From assembly GCA_964614265.1 (NCBI GenBank), contig CAZTKT010000002.1:1-38792 (forward strand): a stretch of DNA of 38,792 nt. Reading direction: 5' to 3'. Both the position numbers and the translations under genes were made by a program. The notes under the pieces are model-generated. The model saw nothing but the letters and a program-made list of their open reading frames with translations. It searched no databases and was not told the origin of the DNA. Shown one piece after another: positions 25,087 to 36,519 of the stretch. How positions within the stretch are numbered: the stretch's first letter is position 1; each line of letters opens with the position of its first letter. This DNA is from an uncultured Candidatus Saccharibacteria bacterium (lineage in GTDB: Bacteria > Patescibacteriota > Minisyncoccia > Phycocordibacterales > UBA918).

Positions 25087-26583
25087 TTAGATGGTCTCGA
25101 TACGGAAGGTCTCGATATAATCTCCTGCGGCAATGTCGGTGCGTGAGTCAACTTGCATACCAAATTCATCATGAGAGACACTCTGCACGTCTGACTTTTG
25201 TTGTTGGAGATTGAGGAGTTTGCCTCGGCCGATCTCAAGATCTCGTCTTAAGATCTTGAGTTGTTCGCCAACGGTGAGTATGCCATCTTCAACACGACCA
25301 CCCATCACATAGGTGTTTTTTTGCACGCTGAAGAGTTTAAGTATTTTTGCCCGGCCAGTTTTTTGTTCTATCTCTGTGGTGGGGATCCGTGCCTTCAGTG
25401 CACCCGCGAGCCACTCAGCAAGCTCATAGATGATACTAAACGTTTTAATTTCGACCCCGAGACGGAGGGCGAGCTCTTCTGCGGCGCGTTCGACAGTGAC
25501 ATTGAAACCAAGAATGATTGCATTTTTGGTAGCATGGATATTTTGTACATCACTGGCACTGATGGTGCCAACGCGTTTATCGATGACGCGCACCTGTACT
25601 CGATCTGAAGTGAATTTTGCGAGCTCGTGCTCAATAGCATCGATGGTACCGAGTGTATCGACTTTAATAAGGATCGGGATCAAAGGGAGGGACATGTCTC
25701 TGCGCATTTCTGTAGGAGGTGCTATCACTGCGTCTTTGATTGCTGTCTCGGCCTCTTTTTTATTTTTCACCGTGTAGAAGGTGTTGCCGATCTGTGGAAT
25801 GGCACTAAAGCCAACGATACCAACGGGTTGTGATGGATACGCGATGTTGATGGCCTTTCCGTTCCAATCTTCCATGATACGCACCGGTGCAAAGGTCTCT
25901 CCCGAGACAACATACTGACCGCTCGATAGGGTGCCATTGGTGAGGAGGAGTGTTGCGTGCGTGCCACGCTTTTGGTCGAGGTTTGCTTCGATCACTTTTC
26001 CTACTGCGGGCGCTGTCTCATCACCCGTGAGTTCAGCGAGTTCAGCCGCGAGGAGCACAACATCAAGAAGCTCACTCACTCCCGTACCGGCCTTTGCAGA
26101 AATGGCCACCCACGGAATGTCGCCACCCATCCCTTCAATGTATATTTCGTTCTCAATCAGACTTGCCTGTGTTTTAGGAATGTCTGCACCGGGTTTGTCT
26201 ATTTTATTAATAGCAACGATGTAGGGGATGTTCGCAGTCTTGATTGAGGTGAGGGCTTCGAGTGTCTGTGGCTTTACCCCATCCTCCGCAGATACCACAA
26301 GGATGGCGATATCTGCAACGTCCGCTCCACGCAGACGCATTTTTTGGAATGCTTCATGCCCGGGTGTGTCGAGAAAGGTTATGGGTTTTACATCACCATC
26401 GCCTGTGGTATGAGAGACGACATACGCAGAGAGATGTTGGGTAATACCGCCCGCTTCGGTACGCGGTGTGTGTGCACTGCGAATATAATCAAGCAACGTC
26501 GACTTGCCGTGATCAATATGTCCCATGATCACCACGATGGGCGGGCGGGGCGTCGCTGTTTTTTTGGGGTGTGTGTCAGGCAT
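25087..26583 (-). CDS. infB: Translation initiation factor IF-2, minimal form (498 aa)
   Basis: The G domain begins ~12 residues from the N-terminus ([28 protein letters not shown]), followed by domains II through C2. Confidence 0.93.
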   Translation of the reverse strand: MPDTHPKKTATPRPPIVVIMGHIDHGKSTLLDYIRSAHTPRTEAGGITQHLSAYVVSHTTGDGDVKPITFLDTPGHEAFQKMRLRGADVADIAILVVSAEDGVKPQTLEALTSIKTANIPYIVAINKIDKPGADIPKTQASLIENEIYIEGMGGDIPWVAISAKAGTGVSELLDVVLLAAELAELTGDETAPAVGKVIEANLDQKRGTHATLLLTNGTLSSGQYVVSGETFAPVRIMEDWNGKAINIAYPSQPVGIVGFSAIPQIGNTFYTVKNKKEAETAIKDAVIAPPTEMRRDMSLPLIPILIKVDTLGTIDAIEHELAKFTSDRVQVRVIDKRVGTISASDVQNIHATKNAIILGFNVTVERAAEELALRLGVEIKTFSIIYELAEWLAGALKARIPTTEIEQKTGRAKILKLFSVQKNTYVMGGRVEDGILTVGEQLKILRRDLEIGRGKLLNLQQQKSDVQSVSHDEFGMQVDSRTDIAAGDYIETFRIETI

Positions 26584-26751
26584 AGTAGTATTCTATACGT
26601 CTACGGGCGTGCTGTTGTACCCGTTTTTCCCACAGACAAATACGGGTGATAGGTACTCACTGGGGATCCATTACGGGTGTAGTGTAGCACAGATACGCTG
26701 TTTTTTCAGCTTTTTGTTGCGTCTGTGGTAGTTTGTGTAATGATTGTGTAT

Positions 26752-27987
26752 ATGAACGTATATACGTATATTCGACGTCTGTTTCTGGTACGACGACCGG
26801 AGCCACGAGTGTATCTTGATTATGCCGCGGCAACGCCCGTGTGGCGTGAGGTGCGAGACGCGATGGCGCCGTATCTGACAGAGATTTTTGCAAATCCGAG
26901 TGCAATTCATGCAGAAGGGCAACGTGCACGTGAGGCCGTGGACCATGCACGTGCGCGACTCGCAACACTACTCACGGTGCGCCCTGAAGAGATCACGTTC
27001 ACGAGTGGTGGCACGGAAGCAAACAATCTCGCACTCTTTGGCACGGTCGAGGCGGCACTCGCAAGAGGTGCGTACCCGGGCGATATTGACATCATCAGCA
27101 CGGCGGTAGAACATCCGTCGGTACTTCTCGCGTTGAGCGCACTACAGCGACGTGGGGTGACCGTGCACTATGCACGTGTTGATTACGAGGGATTGATCGA
27201 CACTGCGCATCTCGTGTCACTACTGTCTCCGAAGACACTGCTCGTGACGTTCGCCTATGTCAACAGTGAGACGGGGGTGGTACAAGATGTACGAAACACT
27301 GTGCGGGCGATTACTCGCGTTGGAGAGACTAGCACTCGTCCGTATGTACACATCGATGCGAGCCAAGCACCCCTGTGGCTCTCGTGCGCGATGGATTCAC
27401 TCGGCGTTGACCTCATGACACTTGATGCGGGGAAGTGTTATGGGCCGAAAGGCGCCGGTGTGTTAGTTCACAAGCGCGGGGTGCCAATCCAACCGCTCCT
27501 TTTTGGCGGTGACCAAGAAGGTGGGTTACGTCCAGGGACGGAGAATGTATCACTGATTGTGGGATGTGTGGAAGCACTCTGTCGTGCGCAGGACGGACAC
27601 CACGAGCGTGCACAGCAGGTTTCGGTACTGCGAGACACATTGTTTGACGAGATTATGACAGAGATTCCTGAGGCAGTATGTAACGGTTCCCGACACAGGC
27701 GTGTCGCCAATAATTGCAATATATCTATTCCCGGCATTGATGGTGAGTTTGCGGTGGTTTCGCTCGATGTACAGGGCATTGCCGCGTCGACACGAAGTGC
27801 GTGCGCGGGTGGGAAGGGAGGTGGTTCACATGTAGTGGCTACAATGACGGGGGATCACGAGCGCGCCAATAACACAATCCGGTTTACCCTGGGTGAGGAG
27901 ACGACGGGGGAGGAGATTCACCGTACGGTGTCGGCGCTTGCTAGACACGTACACAACAGTTGTACAAGCATTGACTCTAATACGTAA
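26752..27987 (+). CDS. Cysteine desulfurase (class V aminotransferase, NifS/IscS-like)
   Basis: YLDYAAATP start motif, PLP-Lys region LDAGKCYGPKG, and active-site Cys loop STRSACAGG. The start codon is uncertain (26725 GTG, 26740 or 26752 ATG). Confidence 0.85.
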   Translation: MNVYTYIRRLFLVRRPEPRVYLDYAAATPVWREVRDAMAPYLTEIFANPSAIHAEGQRAREAVDHARARLATLLTVRPEEITFTSGGTEANNLALFGTVEAALARGAYPGDIDIISTAVEHPSVLLALSALQRRGVTVHYARVDYEGLIDTAHLVSLLSPKTLLVTFAYVNSETGVVQDVRNTVRAITRVGETSTRPYVHIDASQAPLWLSCAMDSLGVDLMTLDAGKCYGPKGAGVLVHKRGVPIQPLLFGGDQEGGLRPGTENVSLIVGCVEALCRAQDGHHERAQQVSVLRDTLFDEIMTEIPEAVCNGSRHRRVANNCNISIPGIDGEFAVVSLDVQGIAASTRSACAGGKGGGSHVVATMTGDHERANNTIRFTLGEETTGEEIHRTVSALARHVHNSCTSIDSNT

Positions 27988-28031
27988 TAATTGCACTATA
28001 GGTGTCAGAGGGGGTATGATACTGTATATAT

Positions 28032-30731
28032 ATGCCACCATTTCAAAATTTCACTTCAAAAGCAAAAGAAGCGGTGCGAAAAGCACATGAACTCGCTATT
28101 GAGCGTGGCCAAAATCATGTCAGCCCCGTGCATCTGTTTGCGGCGCTTGTTATGCAAGAGGAGACGGCAGTGATCTCTCTGCTAGATCGTGTGGACGTGG
28201 ACGTGATCGTACTCACGGACCTACTCCTTGAAGCGCTGGAGGGTTCAGAGTCAGGACAGACGATCTCACCATCGTATCAGCTCTACCTTACCCCAGACCT
28301 TGCCTCTGCACTTGAAGCGGCGGGTCGTATTGCCCAAGAACTCGGGGATTCATATATTGGTGTGGAGCACCTCTTTCTTGCGGTTCTCGATCATCCGGGT
28401 CCTGCGATGGAGATGATTCAACATGTGGGCATCGATAAACGAAAAATTCTCGCCACCCTGAAGGATATGCGAGAGAAGAATGTGCAAAATGTTGGGTCAA
28501 CGAAGAAACACCGTGCGTTGACACGATATACACGCAATCTCACGAAACTTGCGCAGGAAAATAAACTTGACCCGGTTATTGGTCGTGACTCAGAGATTCA
28601 GCGAGTGATTCAGATTCTCTCCCGCAGAACGAAAAATAATCCTGTACTCATTGGCGAAGCGGGAGTAGGGAAGACCGCGATCGCAGAAGGGCTTGCCATT
28701 GCGATTGCGCAAAATGCTGTTCCCGATTCTATTAAACAAAAAGAGTTACTCTCTCTTGATTTAGGGTTGTTGATCGCGGGCACGAAGTTTCGTGGTGAGT
28801 TTGAAGATCGTCTCAAGGCGATCATGAAAGAAGTCGAACAGGCACAAGGTGGCGTGATTCTTTTTATTGATGAGTTGCACACGATCGTTGGTGCCGGCGG
28901 CGCTGAAGGCGCGATGGATGCGTCAAATATGCTCAAGCCCGCGCTTGCTCGTGGTGAGTTGCGTGTGATTGGTGCGACCACGCTGAAAGAATATCAAAAG
29001 CACATCGAGCGTGATCCTGCTCTGACGCGTCGTTTCCAATCAGTGTACGTGAATGAGCCGTCACAAGAAGATGCGATTGCAATTTTGCGTGGACTTGCCG
29101 AGAAGTATGAGATTTTCCATGGCGTACACATTACCGATGATGCGATCACGAGTGCGGTCAATCTTTCATCTCGCTACATCAGTGATCGATTTTTGCCTGA
29201 CAAGGCAGTGGATCTTATTGACGAGGCGGCGTCTGCACTGCGTATCTCGCTTGAAAATAAACCTCCAGAACTCGAGGATGCAGATCGAAAGGTGCGTCGT
29301 CTCGAGATCGAGAAAGAAGCACTCAAGAAAGAAGATACAACACTACATAAGCACACGCACGCACCACGATTGAAAGACATTGAGGCAGAAATTGCGGAGC
29401 TCAAAGAGCGCACGTCGGCGCTTGAGACAAAATGGAATAATGAAAAAGATGCACTCAATGAGATGCGTCAGATGAAGAAAGAACTGGAGGGCCTGCGTCT
29501 CGAGGCTGATTCTGCGGAAGCAGTTGCTGATCTCACTCGCGCGGCAGAGATTCGCTATGCAACAATTCCAAAGATTGAGAAAGAACTCGAACAGAAAACG
29601 GCAAAATTGAAGAAGCTTCAACACAATCGCCGTCTGCTGAAAGAGGAGGTGACCGAAGAGGATATCGCGGCGGTGGTATCACAGTGGACGGGGATTCCTG
29701 TCTCTCGTATGCTTGAAGCCGAAGCCGCAAAACTGTCACGGATGGAAGAAGACTTACAGCAACGTATTATCGGGCAAAATACTGCGGTGCGCCTAGTCTC
29801 CGACGCAGTGAAGCGTTCGCGCGCAGGGATTGCAGACCCCCATCGACCAATCGGCTCCTTTCTCTTTTTGGGTCCGACGGGAGTGGGGAAGACCGAACTC
29901 TCGCGTGTACTTGCGTCATTTATGTTTGATGATGAACGGGCGCTGATTCGCGTGGATATGTCCGAGTACATGGAGAAACATTCCGTATCAAAGATTATTG
30001 GCTCTCCGCCGGGGTATGTTGGCTATGATGAGGGGGGAGCGATCACAGAGCTCGTGCGTCACCGACCGTATTCGGTTATTTTGCTCGATGAGATTGAAAA
30101 AGCACACCCTGAAGTGTTTAATATTCTTCTCCAAGTGCTTGATTCTGGACAGCTGACCGATGCGAAGGGTCGTAAGGTGAACTTCAAGAATACCGTCATC
30201 ATCATGACGTCAAACATTGGTGCGGAACACATTGACCGTATGTCACAATTCGGCTTTTCAAATGTACATGATGAGACCTCTCAGTATGGGCATGCAAAAG
30301 AAAAGGTACTGGAGTCACTGAAGCAATACTTCCGACCTGAATTTCTCAATCGTCTCGATGAAATTATCATCTTCGATATTCTCTCGAGAGAAACAATCCG
30401 GACAATTGTGGGAATGCAAGTGGATATTGTCCGTGAACGGTTGCACAACAAAGAGATTGAGCTTACGGTGTCAGAAGAGGTCCTTGAGTTTCTCGCACAG
30501 CAAGGGTACGATCCAAAGTTTGGCGCGCGTCCCCTCAAGCGCTTGATTCAATCAAAGATCCTTACGCCCGTTGCCTCGATGATGGTCTCCGAAGGTATGC
30601 TCCAGGGTGGTACGGTATCGGTGACGATGAAGAACGGCGAATTTAGTTTTGACGTGAAGCGCAAGAAAACCCGGGCGCGGAAGGCAAACGGGATACGGCA
30701 TGAGAAGAAGGAAGTGGTGGGTGTAGCATAA
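28032..30731 (+). CDS. clpB: ATP-dependent chaperone ClpB
   Basis: Clp N-domain repeats, two AAA+ modules ([16 protein letters not shown]), and a long coiled-coil middle domain between them. Confidence 0.95.
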   Translation: MPPFQNFTSKAKEAVRKAHELAIERGQNHVSPVHLFAALVMQEETAVISLLDRVDVDVIVLTDLLLEALEGSESGQTISPSYQLYLTPDLASALEAAGRIAQELGDSYIGVEHLFLAVLDHPGPAMEMIQHVGIDKRKILATLKDMREKNVQNVGSTKKHRALTRYTRNLTKLAQENKLDPVIGRDSEIQRVIQILSRRTKNNPVLIGEAGVGKTAIAEGLAIAIAQNAVPDSIKQKELLSLDLGLLIAGTKFRGEFEDRLKAIMKEVEQAQGGVILFIDELHTIVGAGGAEGAMDASNMLKPALARGELRVIGATTLKEYQKHIERDPALTRRFQSVYVNEPSQEDAIAILRGLAEKYEIFHGVHITDDAITSAVNLSSRYISDRFLPDKAVDLIDEAASALRISLENKPPELEDADRKVRRLEIEKEALKKEDTTLHKHTHAPRLKDIEAEIAELKERTSALETKWNNEKDALNEMRQMKKELEGLRLEADSAEAVADLTRAAEIRYATIPKIEKELEQKTAKLKKLQHNRRLLKEEVTEEDIAAVVSQWTGIPVSRMLEAEAAKLSRMEEDLQQRIIGQNTAVRLVSDAVKRSRAGIADPHRPIGSFLFLGPTGVGKTELSRVLASFMFDDERALIRVDMSEYMEKHSVSKIIGSPPGYVGYDEGGAITELVRHRPYSVILLDEIEKAHPEVFNILLQVLDSGQLTDAKGRKVNFKNTVIIMTSNIGAEHIDRMSQFGFSNVHDETSQYGHAKEKVLESLKQYFRPEFLNRLDEIIIFDILSRETIRTIVGMQVDIVRERLHNKEIELTVSEEVLEFLAQQGYDPKFGARPLKRLIQSKILTPVASMMVSEGMLQGGTVSVTMKNGEFSFDVKRKKTRARKANGIRHEKKEVVGVA

Positions 30732-30743
30732 AGTCTCAAAAGT

Positions 30744-31067
30744 ATGAAAATCCTAAAAATACTATTGCTCATCATAATCTTCCTAGCCATTGGTGTTGGA
30801 ATCACAATAATCTTTATTGAGGAAAAAATTCAGCTTACAAAAGAAGAAGAAAGAGTATGTAATTCTGAGGCCGCTCGCACGTTGGCATCGATTCACTTCG
30901 ATCATCCTCTACAGCGTCTTATGACACTCAAGCAGGTCATCACTGGGAGAGACGGAGGCAGACTTGATGTGAGTGGTTACACAATATTTGGAATTGAACT
31001 GACTCGAGCCAAAATTCCATGCGGAGAGCTCAGCTCGATAATAACCGTCAAACAGTTTGGTATATAA
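30744..31067 (+). CDS. Hypothetical membrane-anchored protein (107 aa)
   Basis: N-terminal hydrophobic helix. No family recognised. Confidence 0.5.
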   Translation: MKILKILLLIIIFLAIGVGITIIFIEEKIQLTKEEERVCNSEAARTLASIHFDHPLQRLMTLKQVITGRDGGRLDVSGYTIFGIELTRAKIPCGELSSIITVKQFGI

Positions 31068-31068
31068 A

Positions 31069-31100
31069 CAAAAAAACCGCCAAAGGCGGTTTTTTTGTTT
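31069..31100. terminator. Bidirectional rho-independent terminator
   Basis: A-run, stem accgcc-aaa-ggcggt, then a T-run. It lies between convergent genes. Confidence 0.8.
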
Positions 31101-31113
31101 TTAAGAAATCGTA

Positions 31114-32430
31114 TTACACCACAAACGTCAACGCCTTCCCATTCTTTGCACCACGGCCCGTTCGGCCGATGCGATGGACGTAATCTTCATACGTTGCAGG
31201 AAGGTCGTAGTTGATGACATGGGAGACATCATCGACATGAATGCCGCGTGACGCCACGTCTGTCGCGACGAGTACCTGTACCTGTCCGTCCTTGAAGCGA
31301 TTAAGGGCTCGTTGTCGTTGTGGGTGAGACTTGTTCCCATGGATCGATTCAGCGGTAATCCCTGCATGGTTGAGTTGGGTACCCAATTTTTCCACACTGT
31401 GTTTCATTGCACCGAAGAGTAGTACTCGTGAGTACACACCCTTTTCTTTTAAGAGATCAACGAGAACCGTAAACTTATCATTACTGCCATAATGGACGAC
31501 ATCTTGTTCAATATTTGTCGTGATATCCTTCTTCTTCACTGACACCACGATTGGATCATGCAAGAAATCATGAATGAGCGCTTCGATGTTGCTTGACATC
31601 GTTGCTGAGAAAAAGAGTGTCTCGTGTTTTGTTGGAATGTCTTTGAGGATCTGTTTCATGTCGGCGATAAATCCCATGTCGAGCATGCGATCTGCCTCGT
31701 CGAGCACAACCGTTGAAATAGTCGCAGGTCGGATCGCGCGACGATCGATGAGATCCTGCACACGTCCGGGTGTGCCAACAATGAAATGATTTTTTCGTTT
31801 CAGTGATTGTATTTGTGGGCGGATATTGGTCCCTCCGACACAGATACTCGAAAAGATTTTCATGCCGAGCGAGAGCTTCTTCAGCTCCTGTTCGATTTGA
31901 ATCGCGAGTTCGCGCGTGGGTGTCAAAATCAGTGTCTGGCGATCATACGCCTTGAGGGTGAGGTTAATGAGCGGAATGAGGAACGCAGCAGTTTTGCCGG
32001 TGCCGGTATTCGCGAGCCCCACGACATCTCGTCCCGCAAGAATATGCGGGATGATCTGATCTTGGATTGGTGTGGGTGTTTGGAGCTTTGCCTCCATGAT
32101 CGCCGAAAGCAGTGGTCGTTCGAGTTGGAAATCTTGAAATCGATGCGTTGGTGTGTACACCTCCTCGGCGACGGTGCTGACCGGATTGCGGTTGATAAAT
32201 TGCGACACGTCGAAGGTGGACATTTTTCGTCCACCACCACGGCCGGATGGCGCTCGTCGAGCACCACCAAAACGGCTCTGCGGTGCAGATCGATGCGGTG
32301 ATCGTCCATCAGTACTTGGTCGACTGGTAGATCGTCCCCTCTGTCCACTGCTGTGGCGGGTAGACGATGAGTAACTACGGCTTCCTCGTGAGGAAGGACT
32401 CCGACTTGGTCGGGTTTGGGTATAAGTCAT
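31114..32430 (-). CDS. DEAD-box ATP-dependent RNA helicase
   Basis: Motifs GTGKTAAF, PTRELA, TPGR, DEAD, SAT and HRIGRTGR. The first ~69 codons are Arg/Ser/Gly-rich. An alternative start is the ATG at 32223 (MSTFDVSQF), preceded by GGTGG. Confidence 0.9.
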   Translation of the reverse strand: MTYTQTRPSRSPSSRGSRSYSSSTRHSSGQRGRSTSRPSTDGRSPHRSAPQSRFGGARRAPSGRGGGRKMSTFDVSQFINRNPVSTVAEEVYTPTHRFQDFQLERPLLSAIMEAKLQTPTPIQDQIIPHILAGRDVVGLANTGTGKTAAFLIPLINLTLKAYDRQTLILTPTRELAIQIEQELKKLSLGMKIFSSICVGGTNIRPQIQSLKRKNHFIVGTPGRVQDLIDRRAIRPATISTVVLDEADRMLDMGFIADMKQILKDIPTKHETLFFSATMSSNIEALIHDFLHDPIVVSVKKKDITTNIEQDVVHYGSNDKFTVLVDLLKEKGVYSRVLLFGAMKHSVEKLGTQLNHAGITAESIHGNKSHPQRQRALNRFKDGQVQVLVATDVASRGIHVDDVSHVINYDLPATYEDYVHRIGRTGRGAKNGKALTFVV

Positions 32431-32617
32431 GTATATGTGTTAAGAGAGCACACGAAACATCAGAAAAAAGTGAATGATGTGTGGGTATGCCCTAGGGCCT
32501 TGTGTGCAGGTATAATCCGAATCATCTGTTCTTGCAGGGTATTCGCAGCTCAAGAGCCCTACACGAGAATCTCAAGTTGCCCGTATGATACTACAGAAGC
32601 CAATATAAGTCAAGTTT

Positions 32618-35600
32618 TTAGACCTGTTGATTTTTTCTTGCTTGAGCGCTTGTTTTTGCAGGCTTCCACCCTCTCGCTTGTTGCATCTTAGCGTATGCAT
32701 CATTGATGATGCGACTGATAGCTGTCTTCTGCTTTGCCACCTCTGGATCTTGCTCACCGTCTGGGTGGTACTTTTTTCGTAGGAGTCGCCACGCTTTGTG
32801 TGCCTCTGCAGAGGTGGCATCTTTCCTGAGTCCAAGTACTGCATATGGGTCGAGTTTTTCCCAATGGTCAATATTCAATTGTAACTTTTCTGTTTCTTTT
32901 TGTCCTGTTGCTTTTATCTCCTCGGTTTTTTCAGTTTGTCCTGAGTTGTTCTCTGGGGGAGGTGGGGGAGTGGGTTCTGCTTCTGCACGTCTTCGAGGAT
33001 TTCGAACCCTCTCTAACGGGGTTCTTCCCATCACGGGTATGAACGCGGGGGGTAGAACATCTGCAGAGGCTGGAGCTGGAGGAACAGGATCTAATACTTC
33101 AGGTATCGTGGTGGGGCGCTCTGTGATATTAGTGATAGTCGTAGAGCGAGATACCGGCACCTCCGTCGCGAGCTGTGGTATTCCAGAGCCACTGTGTGTT
33201 GCGAGAACCGCAAACCGTGCTGTACCATCTGGCATTTTTCCGACGACCTGTCCAATTTCTGCAAATTTTCCTTTAAATTCCACTTTCCCATCAGCACCTT
33301 TACTGAAAAACATTTTTCCTATCTCGCTGTCTGGGTTGATCGAAATTTTCCCATCGGCTGTTATGGGGACTTCAACGACGTGTGATTGTGTATTACGGCT
33401 TAAAGACAAGAGTAATTTTAATTTACCGGCCTTTAGCTCATTTTGGATGTTGGGCGACAGAGCTCCACGCGCAGATGAGCCTCCAGTAGCCATCCTGTGT
33501 ATGTCAAAGGCGTACCCACCTTGTGGATCTATCCCCGTGCCTTTTTCACCACCCCATTGTAGTTTTAATTCATTTTTGTCAGCTATAGAGGTTTTATTGT
33601 CGTACCAGGTTCTGTGAATTTTCTGAAAGAGCTCTGGATGAGCTTCGGTGAATTCCTGTGAAGTCACGGTAACACTCTCTGTTGCAGTGATTGACTTCAT
33701 TACCTCAGTCACTTCCATGCCGCGTGCCTTCAACATGTCCCGTGACTCTTGGAGAAGTCTGCCATCAGTTCCAAAGTGAACATCGGTGACTGGCGCACTA
33801 TTTTTGAAGACTGTAAATGTATGTTCCGGTGCGCCCGGTGTTGCTACCATGTCGATTTTCCCTGCTGTGTACGTGACTGTTGGACCTTGTGGAGTATGTA
33901 ATGTTGCCATCGCGGGAGTTCTATCACCTTTCCACCAGCCACGGAGACCTTCGAGTGCAGTGAGGCTTTGAGGATTTGGGTTGTTGTCCATACCGATCGC
34001 ATGTTCGAGTAAGCCAACCTTCTCATTACTGACAAATGCCGATGCTTCTTGCCCGAGGGCACCGATCGTGAGACCGCTCAGAACGGCTATTCCTACAGTA
34101 CGTCCCACCCTTCTGTTCTTCATTTTTTTGAAGATTTCGTCCTTCTTCTCCATACTTTCATCGCCGTCCTCTCGTAATTGACGAGTTTGTTCAGTCACCG
34201 TTGAGGCTACAAAGGTGTCAAAGGATGTACCGGGTGGCAGTGTAATGGTGCCATCAGTAACTTTTTGACGGAGCGCAACCTTTGCTTCTGCGCAGGCGAT
34301 ATCGAGTGCCATACGTTCCTGTTCAACTGATTTGAAGTCTGAGTAGGCAAGCAGGTCGATGTGCTCTGTATCGGACAGCAGAATGCGCGATCGTGCTTCG
34401 GAGAGGGCATTGAGTGCGGCATAGAACTCTTCCTGAGTGTTCACCTCACTCGAGAGACTTTTGATGGATTCAGTGAGTGATACGGCGGAGACGGTCTTAT
34501 AGATGGCCTGTTCCATCTGTGTACGACGCTTCATGTCCGGATCCATCTCTTTCCCTTTCGCTCGTTCTCTGGCGTGTTGACGCCTCTCATCTTTTACTTT
34601 TCGGTTTTCTCTTGCTCCCGCTATGACTCCCCCATATGCTGCTGATAGCCCCAATGTTCCCCATGCGAGCACACGACTTCTGGCGGCACTTTGTGACAGC
34701 CTGACGCCGACTGCATAGGCGATAGCGACGCCAGAGGCAATAGTGGTTTCATTGACCAAGCTACCCAACTTTGTTGACTGGATTTTTTCAGCAATACGAT
34801 CGCCGACAGTGTGCTGTGCTTCTGTACGTACTCCCAGTTTTGCTTTCCCGATTACGAGTTCAATCTCTGTATCTATGTCTTCTATGCGTGCACCATGTTC
34901 CACTGCATTTTTTGCATTTTGCGCGATCTCACAGATGCTGTCGGTGTGATTGACAGCCTGCTGTAGTTGTTCACCACTCAGACCGGTTGCTGCAGCAATA
35001 ATTCTATGTCGCTCCTCGGTAAAAGAGGCATCATCTATACTGCCACTGGCATATTCTCGGATCAAGGCGCGAACTTCGGTATTGAGCGTACTATTTGTAT
35101 CAGTCTCGATTGTTCGCTTTTCTCCTGCATGGATGATGTCCTCGTCTTCATATTCTTGTATAAAGCGATCAATGACAGCGTTCATTGCTTCGGTATGTGC
35201 AGATTGCTCCGCGCCTTCTCCCACATAGAGATTACCCGACGCAACGATATCTTTTTTTGCAAGAGCGATTTCTTTTTGTCGGTAGTATTCACGAGCAAGA
35301 TTATGTTTCCAGATCTTTTGGAACACCCCCTTAAATCCTTTGAGCTCTGCTTTTGAGGCAGTCATCCGCTCATCCGCCATATCACGAGCCTGTTCTTCGA
35401 GCGCACCGCTGGTGTCGATGATCGCGACACGTTGTTTTTTCTTTTTAGGTGCTCCCTCGTTTGTTGTGACCAAGTTTTGTTCTTCTGGTGGCAGCTGGGA
35501 TGGTACACGTACCAAAGCATTTGTTTCAGTTGGCACATTTTCTGGTGGGAGTGGTACTTTTGTCTCAGTAGCTTCTGCTCCAGCATTCGCGGCATCTTCT

Positions 35601-36115
35601 GCTGGTGGGTGAGGCACGGTATCAGGACCCTCTACTGGTACCCCCTCCTTTAGATCAGGGCTGGCGGTGAGAGGTGTTTCGCTGACGATTGTGAGATTGC
35701 CCTCGGGAGAGATCTTGAGACGAGCCTTCGGGTCTCTAGATTGCAATTGGAGTTCTTTTGTGAGAGCTCCTTGTAGGGTCGAGAGATGCTCTTCTATCTC
35801 TTTAATTCTACCTCGGCCGGTTACTTCCGGCATATCAACGGTAATTCCTCCACTGGGAGTGTTTATGAGCATACCGGCAGCAGATATTTCGCCACCAAAG
35901 AATCCTTCTGAAGCCAACGTGGCACTAAAAAAAATCCCACTTGACGTCTGGGTGATCTCGATTGTTTGGAGTTTTGCTCGTCTAGGTCTACCCTCAAGTG
36001 TTGCACCAATAATACCTTTCAGCACTTCCATATCAACCAGAGATCCCTCAGGTCCCTTTTCTTCGGTGGGTGTTTGCTCTTGCGCGCGAGCTTTTCTTGC
36101 AGATTCAAATCTCAT
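32618..36115 (-). CDS. Large (1165 aa) membrane protein with a C-terminal DnaJ J-domain
   Basis: The C-terminal sequence DPYAVLGLRKDATSAEAHKAWRLLRKKYHPDGE... carries the HPD motif. Three hydrophobic segments were seen by eye in the middle, and there are Pro-rich linkers. The remainder is not recognised. Confidence 0.8.
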   Translation of the reverse strand: MRFESARKARAQEQTPTEEKGPEGSLVDMEVLKGIIGATLEGRPRRAKLQTIEITQTSSGIFFSATLASEGFFGGEISAAGMLINTPSGGITVDMPEVTGRGRIKEIEEHLSTLQGALTKELQLQSRDPKARLKISPEGNLTIVSETPLTASPDLKEGVPVEGPDTVPHPPAEDAANAGAEATETKVPLPPENVPTETNALVRVPSQLPPEEQNLVTTNEGAPKKKKQRVAIIDTSGALEEQARDMADERMTASKAELKGFKGVFQKIWKHNLAREYYRQKEIALAKKDIVASGNLYVGEGAEQSAHTEAMNAVIDRFIQEYEDEDIIHAGEKRTIETDTNSTLNTEVRALIREYASGSIDDASFTEERHRIIAAATGLSGEQLQQAVNHTDSICEIAQNAKNAVEHGARIEDIDTEIELVIGKAKLGVRTEAQHTVGDRIAEKIQSTKLGSLVNETTIASGVAIAYAVGVRLSQSAARSRVLAWGTLGLSAAYGGVIAGARENRKVKDERRQHARERAKGKEMDPDMKRRTQMEQAIYKTVSAVSLTESIKSLSSEVNTQEEFYAALNALSEARSRILLSDTEHIDLLAYSDFKSVEQERMALDIACAEAKVALRQKVTDGTITLPPGTSFDTFVASTVTEQTRQLREDGDESMEKKDEIFKKMKNRRVGRTVGIAVLSGLTIGALGQEASAFVSNEKVGLLEHAIGMDNNPNPQSLTALEGLRGWWKGDRTPAMATLHTPQGPTVTYTAGKIDMVATPGAPEHTFTVFKNSAPVTDVHFGTDGRLLQESRDMLKARGMEVTEVMKSITATESVTVTSQEFTEAHPELFQKIHRTWYDNKTSIADKNELKLQWGGEKGTGIDPQGGYAFDIHRMATGGSSARGALSPNIQNELKAGKLKLLLSLSRNTQSHVVEVPITADGKISINPDSEIGKMFFSKGADGKVEFKGKFAEIGQVVGKMPDGTARFAVLATHSGSGIPQLATEVPVSRSTTITNITERPTTIPEVLDPVPPAPASADVLPPAFIPVMGRTPLERVRNPRRRAEAEPTPPPPPENNSGQTEKTEEIKATGQKETEKLQLNIDHWEKLDPYAVLGLRKDATSAEAHKAWRLLRKKYHPDGEQDPEVAKQKTAISRIINDAYAKMQQARGWKPAKTSAQARKNQQV

Positions 36116-36122
36116 AGAGATG

Positions 36123-36440
36123 TTAGGCTACAGCGTTTCCTACATAGATATCCTTCAGTCGGACGAGTGCAGTTGCAACTACTTCATCAAGATTAGCGAT
36201 GTGTGCTTGGCAAAAAGTTTGGATTTCTGTTTCATCTCCGATATCGAGTTTTTTTTCAAACTCCTCAAGGTGTTCTGCAGGCATATGCGCAAGGATTTCA
36301 GCATTGATCATATTTTCCGCTCGTTCGACAAGGTCTGCACGCAATTGGTCTCGCACTTCGGTAGGGAGGTCGGCGAGCTCTTTTTTTTCTTGCAGTAATG
36401 TATCGGCAAATGCTTCAAGAGTGTGTTCCATTGCAAACAT
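36123..36440 (-). CDS. Small acidic helical hypothetical protein (105 aa)
   Basis: ORF ending 7 nt upstream of the J-domain gene start. TATAAT directly abuts the first ATG. No confident family call. Confidence 0.55.
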   Translation of the reverse strand: MFAMEHTLEAFADTLLQEKKELADLPTEVRDQLRADLVERAENMINAEILAHMPAEHLEEFEKKLDIGDETEIQTFCQAHIANLDEVVATALVRLKDIYVGNAVA

Positions 36441-36519
36441 ATTATACTAGTAGCTACTCCTCTTTCCTTGCACCAGTATACTTCCTCTGAGGGGGGGGTG
36501 GAATAGCTGTTGTCCACTT

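Noticed and set aside
32703-33617. 304-aa plus-strand ORF (and the similar 35667..36398 ORF of 243 aa)
   Set aside because: Both are antisense to the 1165-aa J-domain gene, and their sequences are low-complexity and S/C/F-rich.
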